Assembly: GCA_024679065.1 (NCBI GenBank)
Contig: JAGIQG010000002.1
Span: 67,704,001 to 67,768,000, forward strand
DNA: 64,000 nt
From: Sphyrna mokarran
Taxonomy: Eukaryota
Reading direction: 5' to 3'
Positions 40,509 through 52,249 of the stretch are shown here, piece by piece; within the stretch, counting starts at the first letter, position 1, and the number at the start of each line of letters is the position of its first letter. The notes beneath the pieces were generated by a model. That model saw only the letters and a list, made by a program, of their open reading frames with translations, ran no database searches and was not told where the DNA came from. The translations under genes and the position numbers were made by a program.

Positions 40509-40628
40509 GCCTTCAACAAAAACAATTTGATCCTTGAGGAAAGAAACAAATACTTCAATCCGCATCTTCATGCAAAGTCATTTTCCAACACCTATTTCAC
40601 AGACCTAAATATGTATGATGACTATTAG
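40509..40628 (+). CDS. SEMA5A: Semaphorin-5A terminal coding exon with stop codon
   Basis: Acceptor ttttccag. Reads AFNKNNLILEERNKYFNPHLHAKSFSNTYFTDLNMYDDY then TAG, matching the SEMA5A C-terminus. Confidence 0.97.
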   Translation, partial: AFNKNNLILEERNKYFNPHLHAKSFSNTYFTDLNMYDDY

Positions 40629-41444
40629 AGCGGCCAATTGCTAAACAGACTGGTCTACTAAGCATCCCTCTTGAGTCTGGATTGGAAATGAGGCCTGCAC
40701 TAATTCCTACCAATTTTCGTTTCTGTCTTTTACCCATCTGAAATATAAACATTAATGACTACACATGAAATGATTCAACACAGAAACGAAATTCCAGCGA
40801 AGTTGGAATTCAGTCGTTCTGTTCTGCTGTGGTAGAACTGAGAACTATTACCTTCTATTAAAGAAGTGTATTTCACAGCGAGTAAGAAACACGAAACAGT
40901 GCCTGTAGACAGGAGATCGTCATTTAATGAATGTCGTGTGTTTGTGTTTTCGCCAGTCCTATTCAGTGATTTGATTGAACATCTGCAAAGTGAAACCGAG
41001 CTCAGAAGTAATTGGTGCAGGATTGGGAAGCAAGCCGTAATGAATGGATCAAATAGTTGAGCGTATTTCTGTGGTGCCTCCACAAGATTGTTGCACCTTC
41101 TGTTTGTATGAAGTCAGGAATGTTCAGCTATATTGACTGTTGCCCACTTCATTTCATTCCAAAGACACTGCCAGCTGTAACTTGTAGATCAGCATATCTG
41201 TTTTATAATTTTTCAAACTAGTTAGAAAGTGGACCTGTGTTGCTGTTTAGTTTTACATAATCTCTGTTGTCTGTTTGTGTTATAATTGGCCAGTTCAAGT
41301 TCCGTGTTTGAGAACACAGACAATCATTAAATATTTTTGGTCGGAACTTAGAAGACTGTAAATAACTGACTGAACATATGTACAATGCAGATGGTTAACT
41401 AGATATATTTAGCTCAGTCAGGAAGTCATGCCCCTCCACCCACC

Positions 41445-41520
41445 CACTCATCCCATGCCTCTCCCCTCCCACGCACTGCCCCCCCCTCCCCAAACACACA
41501 CACACACACACACACACACA
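41445..41520. repeat. C-rich tract followed by (CA)n in the 3' UTR
   Basis: Directly visible. Confidence 0.9.
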
Positions 41521-44500
41521 TCTATCCCACCCCTGTCAACAGCATTTTGTACAGAGCCCATCTGCTGTGAATACTTGCAGTTTTTGCTGTGAATATGTGC
41601 AGCTTCTGCTCTATTTAGGCTAATAATTTATCATATTCTTGCTTTGTATGCAGAGTTCCTTTGTTAATTGTAATTTCAAATGGTTTTTCAAAACCAGTGT
41701 CTTCAGCATGTGATATATTATAACACTAGCTGCAAAGTCATTTTCTGCTTGATTGTTGAGTTTTGTAAGGTTTCTGTCAGCATTGTGGGTTTTATGTTGT
41801 TAGATTATATTTAGTACTATGCCAAATTACTAACATCAGCAAGCATTTGATTCAGTTCACTTAACAAATGAAATGTTTGTTTTTGAAAACCTTGTAAGAT
41901 ATCAAAATATCAGTACTCACTACATCAGATACTTGACCATTTGTGAATGTCATCATAGCAAAACAGGAAGTTTAATTTCTTCTATTAACAGTCTGCTTAA
42001 AGAATTCACATCAGATCCTCTGTGCACTATTTTAGTGCAGTATGTAATCTGTTTGTTGTAACTGAGCTAATAAGTGTTTTTAAATATTTCGTACAGGAAT
42101 TTTATATGAAAGCATTAGGCAGCATGCTACCAGGTATCAAACTGCAAGATATTTGTACAAATTTGAATGGACAAATGTCAGCTTAGAATTGTACAGATTT
42201 GTACAATATTGGAACAGTATGATATTTAATTTTCCCATTGTAACGTAAAGAAATATAACATTTGCAGGAAGGAAAATACAAATGGAAAAGGGGATAAAAT
42301 GAATTATTTTAATATAAGTTCAAACCATGCCTTTTCCCCTCCTCCATAAATGAAATCACATTCTAAGATTTTAAAAAGTCATATCATAGAATATTAATCT
42401 ATCTTTCTCTTCTATATACTGATTGAACAGCATCTGCTTTCCAGCGTTTATAGTTTTTCTTTTTATCTGTACTTGAAGGAGTAGCTGATAGAAGTATAAT
42501 TGAAAGAAAGTGTTCTGTATCAGCAGTAGCTTTCTGCTGCATTGAGTGCAGCTTCAATTATTTATTTTTACCTCTTATATTGATGTGGTTCCTGTAGTGT
42601 CATTAAACCGCACAGTGTAAAGCTTTAAATTACTTTTAAATTGGAGTAAATTTTACTAAGTAACCTCTCAGCAGATGTTGTGCAATGAGAGGCATGTTAG
42701 AAGTGGACATCGAGATTAGTTTGACCTGCACAAATTTCTATCTAAGAACACAAAACTGTGCAGGCGCATAATCACCTCCATGTGTTATTTCCTAGTATGC
42801 ACCTCCTTCCTCATGAAACTGTATCATTAGCATCAATTAGTAAAAGTTCCTATGAGCTGAAAGAAGATAAATAGGCCATTCTGCCTCTTCAGGCATTGCA
42901 GAGGAATACAAATTACTTTCAGAAATAAGAAGGCTTTGTACAGGACAGGACAGGACAGATGCCAGAAAACATCCCTGGTTGAGTATGGTTTTAGGAATGG
43001 TGATTGAGGCCAGGAAAATAGGCTGAAAGGCCTTCCTCATCTGAATCTATCTGTGATATTTGCATGCTCCAAAGATTTACATTCTTGCTTTCATTGGAAT
43101 ATCATTCATTGTAAAGAGAAATCAGCATTTGTAAGTATCTTTTATAAGTGAACAGAGGAAATTCAGCTCTTTATAAATATAAAAGAGATGGAATAAGATA
43201 AAGTAGTTATTTTACTGTGCTATGTTTTGATGCAAAAGGAAACTTCCTACCTTTAATGGTTTCGTGAAATATCATGAATTTCAGAACACTTGGGGAATAT
43301 TTGTAACAGTGGGGGTAAAATTCTTCTTTAACGGAAGATGAGACAAAGTCTGCTTCAATCTTATTTAAATAATGGTATCACATTTCCAGAAATGATATGT
43401 TTCAGAGCCATCTATTCCTGCATTAGTGTTGTTAGTTAAGGAGTGAAAATGGAGATTCTCTTTTTTTGTACCTTAAAATGAACAGGACTTTCATTCATAT
43501 TAATATATCTCACTAAGGAACTTTATTTCTTCACCATTTTTGTGTGTATCAAATCACTTCAGGTTGATTTCACGTGAAGAGCTGTAGAAAAGGCTGATAT
43601 TTGTCTGTAAGGAATAATGCAATAAAAAGGTAACATTATTTTGGATGGAATTTAGGAGAATAGGATTAATTGACTGACCAAGTATTATTTTTAAATTAAT
43701 TTTTAATTTAATAGTTTGAAATCGAGTGATTTCCTCTCTTCAGTCAATTTGGATTTTTTTTAAAGACTGATAAAATTTCTCACTAAGTAAATGCTGGGGT
43801 TCCAGATGTGCTTATATTCTGTATGCATAAGGAGATAAATTCTATAAATTGTGCTTTTTGCTGGTGTTAATGGAGAAACTTAGTAGATGCAAGCAGCCAT
43901 CCAAACAGCTGAAGTTTATGGAACCCAATGGCAGGGGTCAGATAGAGGCCACTTCTACTTGCAAGAATGCACCTGTGTAGGCAACATGCATACATGTGTG
44001 TCTGCAGTGATTTAAACCTTTTGTATATTGAATGATGTCCTATCAAATCAAAAGGTGATGCCTGTTATTACAGGTGGCTGTATGTACTGACTAATTTTCA
44101 AGCAATTCTTTAGTCTGTCTGGCTTTACATTAATTAAGTTACACTTGGATTAAACTAAACAATGGCTTATTCTATCAAATTTTATAACTTCATTGTTTAA
44201 GAATGTTGGGAAGTAGCTTTTTTCATGTTCTCACTGAACAACAGATGTACAATTGTTTTCTAACGTAGCATTTCTTTCACAGTTGGAGTACTTTTTTGCT
44301 ATGGATAATTAGTTATCCACTAATATCCTGCTGTCTGTGCTCTGGTTATATTTTAATGGAAAGCAGCACATTACTTAGGAGGTAAATTTTAGTTCTCAGC
44401 ATTGGGTAGTTAATTGGCAGAAGCAGATTGCCACCTCGTACATATCCTACATTGACATCAGTGGGAATGGAAATCAGGTGGGTTACATATTGAGTGGCCA

Positions 44501-45635
44501 ACCTGCAAGTGCCAGTTCACTGTCCAAAGTCAACATCTTGCTCAATATTTCCATATTTTTGCTTATTTTAGCAATAAAATTGGTTTTAACATTCACTGGA
44601 GTATAGTTTGCACATGGACATGAAGGGCATACCAAAAGATCATACTTTGGTGATAGCTTTGTTCAGAATGGCCTACATGAAATCACAGCAATCACTCGTA
44701 GTTCCACCAGAGTTATAAAGAGTTTCTAAACCATCGTAAGAATGCTTATGTTGTGTTGAAACCACATTTTCAAAAGAAAAACTATGAGAATCTAAAGCAG
44801 TTATCTCCCTATTTCATATACTGGGTTTTTCAATTTCAAGTTGGTCTGTTTCTCAAATGCCGAATGAACTGTCATTTTCCCAGAGAGTACAGAGGCTGAG
44901 CCATCAGTGAACAGACACTGCAATGAAATTAAAATGGTTCTTCAAGGAAAAATGATTTGAGGAGAAACAATGAAAAGTTCACACAAAAGGGTGCTGTACT
45001 GTTTTTCAGATGCAATAATCCTGTATAAAAGCTCCCTTGGAAAGGTCCTGTAGATTGTTTTCTGTAGGCAGCCTGTCAATTGAGGCAGTAGAGCATCAGG
45101 TGACAGTATTCATGGAGAGCCACCTTTGAATCACATACACTGTTTTTAACTTGATTCCTCCTATCCGAGTGACATTTACTAACTCTGAGAGACACTGCTG
45201 GATTATGCAATTTGCGGTGGTCAGTTTTCAGGACTTGCATGATGATTTTGAACACATTCCTGCAATGCAGATGTCCTCTTCCAGTTGTTTGACATAAAGT
45301 AGAACAAAGAGCCCCATCCAGCTGAGTGAGGGAACCTTCTAGGTGGCTAAAATAGTGAGGACCTAAGGGGCAGGAAAGAGATTGGATAAGGAAATAGCTT
45401 TCCATTTTTCCTAAACAACACCCACTTGAATATGTGAAGAACTGTGCTCCTTTGGCTGACTTGGGGCAGTTTGCTGGAAAATGCTCTGTCCATCAAGTGT
45501 GAATTGTTGTGTATGATGTAATATGTATGTGTACTTCAGCACAACCTCAATGTAAAATAATTGTACTATATTTTTGTATTTTAGCTTAGTGTAAATAATC
45601 TGTTTCTTCAGCAAAAACCATATGTGACCATCAGA

Positions 45636-45641
45636 AATAAA
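45636..45641 (+). terminator. Candidate distal polyadenylation signal AATAAA
   Basis: Several TGTA (CFIm-type) motifs upstream, and GT-rich (ctgtgtct) and T-rich sequence downstream. Other AATAAA at 43621 and 44573. Confidence 0.6.
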
Positions 45642-46479
45642 AGTGTTTGTAAATACATATCTGTGTCTCATGAACAAGAAGCAGAGAGATTGATGTGGGA
45701 GAGAACTACGTTGATAGCAAAGGCAACACTGCAAAAAAATTAGTTTTTTTACATTTCACTGGCTAAGAATATTTTGCATTTTGATTAATGTTCTCTGCTT
45801 ATTCAAATTAAAGTATTTGCAGACGGCAAAAATGGTAACACAAGGGGTTACCGGTAATCTTGTGACATGAATTAGTAATTCTTTTAGGATGTAGGTGGTA
45901 GGAAGAGGAATTAGAGTTTCTTCTGGTTGGTGGTATGTGACACATGGGCTGGAACCATCTGCACTGATAAAACATTTGAGTGCTTGGATTCATTTCTGGA
46001 CCTTGCTTGGGTCAGTGGTGCACAAGCAGAGAAGAACTTATGAGCCAATTAAAGATGGTGGGTAGAATCAGGATGTGGCGGAGAGGTGAGCTCTGTTGAA
46101 AAATGGCAAGACTTAGGAGGTGCCTCAAAATGGAGTTGTTCATCAAGGCCAAGAATAATGAGAAGCCTCTGATGGTGTTCTGATCTCTCACTACTAGGCT
46201 CCTTCCAAAGTGTGACCAGGCTTTTGACACTGGTGATAAGGAGAGGTGAAATTTAATTCAATGACAGATATATTCAATAAATATCTGAAAATTGCCTTTG
46301 CCTTCTTGCCTCTGTCATTCAGGTTGCTGACTCCAGTGGAAGCTCACCCTTCAGAAACTTGTCTAGCAGTCTGGTCACACCAAGAAGAAAAATAATTTTC
46401 CAATGCTTTCCATCACTTCCAAATCCACTTCCACAGACTCATGGAAAAAATTGCATGTGATGCTCTCTAAGGACCTGTT

Positions 46480-47235
46480 CTGGGCTTCATATATATAGGA
46501 CTTGGATGAAAGAATATGTTACATGGCAAAGTTTTCAAATGACGCAAAGTTGTGTGAATAACAGCTGATGATACAAGGAACATCGACAGATGGAGATCAA
46601 TATGGGGAGGTTTGCAGTTAACTACTTTGGATTTGAGAATGACAAATCAGACTTCTGAATCATGAGAGCAGAATCACTTTGGAAGAGCAAAGCAATGTAG
46701 ATGTCCATAAATTGCTAAAAGCTACTGTACAGGAACAAAAGTAAACGAAAACACAAGGGAATTGGAATGCAAAAATTATGTTTCAGTTATGTAAGTCCTA
46801 GGTCTCATTCAGAGCCTGGCATTCAGTTTTAGACATTGACTTTGGCTTGAATTTAGTAGGTTGAGAGATGATCAAAATTGTAGGGTTTAAAAGATAAAGA
46901 AAGTTTAAAGTTTATTTATTCATGTCGCAAGTAGACTTACATTAACTCTGCAATGAAGGTACTGTGAAAATTCAGTATGGTCAGTACAGGGAAACTGTTT
47001 CTTTGGTGCAGGAATCCAGAACAATGGAAATCAATCTTAAGTTTTGATCTAGTCTGTTCAAGAGATGAAACCAGGAAGCATTTTGTCTTACATGGGATGG
47101 TTAAAATCTGGAATTCTGTCCTCTGCAGGGTAGATATAGATAGGAAACAAATCTATATAAATTTAATGTATAGATCAGCTATTATCTGACTGAATGGCAA
47201 GTGCACAAGGGTGAAATGTCTACTTCTATGCCTGT
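46480..47235 (+). mobile_element. Highly decayed CR1 3' region
   Basis: aagttttcaaatgacgcaaag (KFADDTK-like), gggaaactgtttc and aaaatctggaattct motifs. Confidence 0.65.
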
Positions 47236-48172
47236 GCTGCTAGAGGATTCTAATGAGCTTTCCAGATTTGAATCAATTTGAGTCGGATCAATTTTGGAAT
47301 GAACATTTCCCCTCAATTTTTGGGCTCTATCAGGATTGCAGTTGAGACAGCTTCAATATTTTTGCAACACTTCAAAAAGAGAGTGAAGAAATCTTGAATC
47401 CAGAGATTTGAAAAATGGGGTTTCTAGTTGAGATTTTAAATTTATTCATTCCAAGGGCCCTCTGTTATGCTTCCATCAAACTTCAAAATGGAGAGCAAGA
47501 AAATAAAGGACAGGATTTACTGCTGTTTTTGCAGATCTGGACAACCAAGCTTCTATTAAAAAACTGGAGTTTTACAGGCACTAAAATCATAAAACATTAC
47601 AGGATAGAATAATACAAGACAAAAACAACCAATTGTACCAGATTGCTAATTCTAGTTGAATGTATCATTGGAGGTTACAGTATACAGTCTTCTACCTTTT
47701 AATCACCTCATCCTGTTAAACCAAATTAATCCCCAATGTCCAATATTTCAGAACTAATAAACATCCAAAGAAAATGAAAAACACCCACTACTTTCTCAAT
47801 ATTATTTCTCCTTGATTACTTGCAGCAATGTCTTTGAGATCGATCTATAGTTCTTGGAGACACTAGAACAGTGCAGCAGGATTGGCATCCTGTTCACAGC
47901 AGAAAGCTGCCAATCTGTAAAATTAAATATAAATTTAATAGCTCCTCTCTAATTATCCTCTGTATTTATTGTTAAATAGTCTGACCATTTGGAGCCTCTT
48001 TCCTTTCAGCAGAAGGCCTTAAATAACTTTTGTAATTCCCAAAATATAAATTTTGTGCAATGCTTGACCTTGTTTTAACAATATCTAGATAACTTCCCCA
48101 ACTCCCCATCTCTCAACTTTCCTTACTACTTTAATCCTCACTCTTCTTTGCTGAAATATCTGGGACAATGAC

Positions 48173-49218
48173 TAGGGTTATAATCTTATCAGCTTGACTC
48201 GCCAGTCGATCAGCGTGACAAGCTGGGAAGATAGCACGAAAGGCCAGAAATCCAATTTGCGCCCAGCCCCTTTTTATTGGCAATTAACTTAAAAATGATG
48301 ACATTTTAAAAATATGGGGTTTGGAACGGCTGCTTTTACACTCCTAGATGCTTCCCTCTTTGTTGGTGAGATGCCAAGTCGGCGAGAATCTGGTCGGAGA
48401 CCAGATGCCATAGCCATGTTGAGGGTATTGGAGATCATTGAAGCATCCAGGCAGTAAAAAGGAATGGATAGGCAGTATCCATCAGGCAGTGCCAGCCTGA
48501 CACTGCCCACCTGGACTCTGGCAATGCCTGGTTGGCCACCATATTGTGCCAGGAGCAGTGCCAAAGGAGTTGGCCCTGAGTGAATGTGCAGCTATGATGG
48601 CAGCATGCACAACGACAGAGGGATTATGCAGGGGGAGCTCTACAAGGGAGCTGGTCAGCAGGGGGAAGCGCTATAAGAGGAAGCTCTGCAAGAGGGATGG
48701 TTGTGTGAAGGGGAGGGTCTGCAGGGGTAGGCCACAAAAGGTGGTGATGTAAAATGGCAGTAGTCTGCCAAAGGAGTCAACAGGAGGGTCCTGACACCCC
48801 AATGCCATGACCTATGTTGGTGTGGGGGAGGGTGACGATGCTGCCAATGATTGCTGTCCAATGCCCATGTGAGTGGAGGGGAGGAAGTCTCTCGTTCCAG
48901 TTGGAAATCAGAATGCCTGCGCAATGGCACTCAAGCACTCTGCAGCTGGGTGTACGTGGGTTACATCCCAGCTCCCCCCATCCTCCACCCTGCCAATGCA
49001 AAGCTCCCAGCCATCAGAAAATCTGTTAGAGTGCCGGAAGATTGCCGTGCCAAAAGACAGTGTGGAAAGTTCCTGTTTTCACCAGAATTTTCCGGGGAAA
49101 TTCTGCCTTAGATCTTTGCAAAAACTCACTTGGTTCACTAATGTCTTTCAAGGTGGGCGTGCCAAGCCAGGAAACTTTCCAATTCCTGCTCCTGTCACAA
49201 GGATAAAAATGCAGCCCA
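48173..49218. mobile_element. Non-autonomous Harbinger-type DNA transposon relic(s)
   Basis: GC-rich block with ends gggttataatctt, gaaattctgcc and aaaatgcagccc, similar to other MITE termini here. Confidence 0.5.
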
Positions 49219-49387
49219 TAGTTTCAAATCGTATAATAAAATGTTGAAGAAAAGAATGTCTCTATATATCAACATAACTATACCAATTATTAACTTTTTA
49301 AATACATTATACCTAAACTAAAGACTAACAATTGATTTTTATAATGAAATTGATGTTTTAACTTTGTTTTCTCAAAAGCATTATTAT

Positions 49388-50395
49388 TCATAGTATCGCC
49401 GTGGGTGGTAAAATATCCGGCTGCTCTTGAGCTACAGCAGACGTTGCTGTTTGTCTTTGTCCTGGCAATATTTCTCCTCAAGCTCCTCATTCTGATTCTG
49501 CAGCTTATGTTTCTCTTCTAACCACTGATGCACCTGTCTTCCACCAGATTTCCAGCTTCCTGCTGTGTCCGCTCAGCTTGGCTTCTTGCATTTTGGATTT
49601 CCTCTTTTAAACACTCCATCATTTCTAACAGTTTGTTATTGATCTCCAGTAAATCAGTCTCAGAGAGTGATATTGCATTAAGCTGCATCTATAGTTCACT
49701 AATGTCTGAATTCTGCACTGTCATTCTTTTTTTCAACTTCTTTGATTTAAAACACACGTGCTACTGAAGTTTTGACCCGAGTTTCAGGATTTCCCTTGTA
49801 GATGTCTCCTCAGCTAAGTAGTTTGTCTTCAATGTCCTCTTTCCCAATATATCACATTATATTCTGCTCAGCCTTCAATCTTTCTAGATCAACAGCTTTA
49901 TTCTCTAGTTTTAATTTTTCACTTCAGAATGCTGTAAACGTCTGGAAATCCATCTGAACATTCCAAACTAGCCCTCTTTCCTTTTCTGCAAGAGCTTTCT
50001 ATATCATAAAATCTTAGAAACCTACAGTGCAGAAAGAGGCCATTCGGCCCATCAAGTCTGCACCAACCACAATCCCAACCAGGTTCACCACCCCGCCCCA
50101 TTATCTCTACACATTTACCTGCTAATCCATCTAATTTATGCATCTCAGGACACTAAGGGACAATTTTAGCATAACCAATCAACCTAACATGGACATCTTT
50201 GGATTGTGAGGGGAAACTGAAGCACCCGGAGGAAACCCATGCAGACACAAGGAGAATGTGCAAACTCCACACAAACAGTGACCCAAGATGGGAATCGGAC
50301 CCAGGTCCCTGGAACTGTGAAGTAGCAGTGCTAATCACTGTGCCACCCATCTTTTGATATTAGCATTGAGAATTGCAATAACTGACTGCAAAGTA
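49388..50395 (-). pseudogene. CEP83: Intronless, 5'-truncated CEP83 (CCDC41) retrocopy fragment, interrupted by a SINE
   Basis: Minus-strand translation gives LQSVIAILNANIKR..KALAEKERGLV..EKLKLENKAVDLERLKAEQ..AEETSTREI..SETDLLEINNKLLEMMECLKEEIQNARSQAERTQQEA..QWLEEKHKL..EEKYCQ..QR.AVAQ. This is colinear with recalled human CEP83 (LQSDNEILK..EKLELENRLADLEKMKVE..SENDLLNSNQMLKEM..QWLEEKHKL..EEKYNQ). Stops and frameshifts are present. Confidence 0.88.
50003..50349 (-). mobile_element. Full-length V-SINE (HE1-like) inserted in the CEP83 retrocopy
   Basis: Head, V-domain and tail are all present. The CEP83 reading continues on both sides. Confidence 0.92.
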
Positions 50396-50399
50396 TTCA

Positions 50400-52000
50400 T
50401 ATAAATGATGAAATTTCCTCAATCTGTTGACTCTGTGACTCGGGCAATCGTTTCATTCTTCTGGTTGGAGGATGCTTTTCAATGGATCAAACCATTGATC
50501 TTCAGTGATATCTTCTCATGATTTATTGAGATCTGCTGCAGTCCTTTGCAACTACTCAACCCCAGGATATCAGAACCAAGAGTTTCCATGTCATAGAACA
50601 TGCAGTGTCTATTTCTTTGTATGTCTCTTTGATTTTGGTTATTCCTGGCAACTAGAGAATAAAGTTGTTGATCTAGAAAGATTGAATCTCAATTCAACCC
50701 TGTGCCATTACCCTGAGTTCACTTGATTTCAGAGCATCTTTTCTTGGGTAACCATTTCCTTATAGGTTTTTAGGGAGGATCTAGTATGGTTGGAATGGTA
50801 TGATGTTATTTGTGCTCTGGTATCAAGCTTCAGTTTCAGATTTACAGAGTGAGTTAATTTCTTACCTTCTTCCTGATCTGAGAGGTTGCATGGATTTCTT
50901 TATCTCTGGGAATTGTCATATCCAAATATTTCGTGCAGTTGTATTGTTCCTCTGTGTATTGTCAAGCTCATTCTTATCTTCCAAAGTATTGATGTTTAGC
51001 TTTCTTTTTTCTCCTCATTTACCCTGTTGCTCTGTTTCTGATAACTTCTTCATCATTTTCTTTCTTTGTTCTACTTGTCTTTCCCGGTGACTGGCTCCCC
51101 ATGATCTCTGCATTTTGCTCTGTTTGTGGGATATTTCCTTCTGTCTGTGAACTCAGGTGGTTGTCCACAGCTCTTGCACATCTTTGTCTGGACGGTGAAC
51201 ATTCTTTTGTTACTGTCTTACTGCACCAACCTGATGTCTTTTCCTTGACTTAATGCAGACTAATAATCTGGGTTGTCAGCATTTTCATTTGTCTATTTAA
51301 AGTTTATTTACTAGTAACAAGTAAAGCTTATATTAACAATGCAAAATACTTGTTGCTTCATGAGCTCTGACGTGTCACAAACCTGCAATACTGTGTATAC
51401 TTTACAGTGTGCACAGACTCAAGTGAGCTGATCAACCAGCCTTCCATCTGGTTCTTTGAATGGCTTCATTTCTCAACCTCATTAAGAAATTGTTACCAGG
51501 CTCACCTAATTCCTGCCTTGGACTTTGAAGTTCGTATCAGTGGAACAAGTGGCTTGATTTTGGCTGGCGATATATGTTGAATTTCACAAAATATTTGTCT
51601 GTGGTCTTATTATCATCCTGTTTGTTTCCCAGCTATTAAAGAAGTTTAAACCTTACTCTGCTGTCTGCAAAAGGATGTAGCTGACTCTTTCATCTTCCCT
51701 GGTGACTTTTAGAAAGCTTTTGAATGATGATTTGTATTTTTGTTTTAACTTCTCATATTTCTCTATCATATCATTGGCTTCCTAATTTATCTGTGCTGGG
51801 GCTGCGGCTACATTGCATGCATTTCATTTTTGTGAAATTTATCTGTTTTCCCTCTCCCATCAGTGCTTATGGTTGTTTCTTCCTCAATCTAATACAGCAT
51901 TAAATTCATTAAAGTTTTGGGCTTTGGCCATTTGCTGCCACGAGGCGGCAATTCTATTGTGTTTCCAATAGTTTGAAACAAGCTGACTTTTGGATTCCGA
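50400..52000 (-). mobile_element. Decayed Ty3/Gypsy LTR retrotransposon internal region (gag, zinc knuckle, aspartic protease)
   Basis: Minus strand: DERVSYILLQTAE*GLNFFNSW (~51630-51695), RQELGE (~51500), CKSCG..NH (~51160), LKLKLDTRAQ..IIP (DTG motif, ~50810-50835), FYDMETLGSDILGLSSCKGLQ (~50540-50600). Confidence 0.8.
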
Positions 52001-52178
52001 TGTTGGTATTTTATTGGGTTACACTTAAATGTTAGACCACACTGTGTGTAGACTGATACGTTGTTGCTTGATGCCATGACTGTACTGCAGGGATTCATGT
52101 GGCACTCTAGATCCTTACATATATAAACAATGAACATGTAATTCCTAAATCTTATTAAACTAAATAAAATAATCATCA
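52001..52178 (-). repeat. Candidate 5' LTR of the Gypsy element
   Basis: Minus strand begins TGATG and ends CAACA, with an internal TATATA and an AATAAA close to the end. It lies just upstream of gag. No second copy found. Confidence 0.45.
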
Positions 52179-52249
52179 GGAATCAATTCTCTTGGGTCTA
52201 CTTCAATTAGGAGCAGAGTTTGTGTTGCTTTTCATTCATTCAGAAGATG

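Larger units (their letters stand above)
40629..45665 (+). other. SEMA5A: Probable long SEMA5A 3' UTR
   Basis: AT-rich, largely free of SINEs/LINEs, and ends in a TGTA-rich block with AATAAA at 45636. The end point is inferred. Confidence 0.6.

Noticed and set aside
1-40628. SEMA5B assignment
   Set aside because: The TSR4 and cytoplasmic tail sequences (AFNKNNLILEERNKYFNPHL) match SEMA5A.
48090-48120. Possible polypurine tract and 3' LTR of the Gypsy-CEP83 chimera
   Set aside because: Purine-rich on the minus strand, but I saw no sequence matching the candidate LTR at 52001-52178 next to it.
49388-50395. Functional CEP83 gene or exon
   Set aside because: It has several stops and frameshifts, a SINE insertion, no introns and a truncated 5' end.
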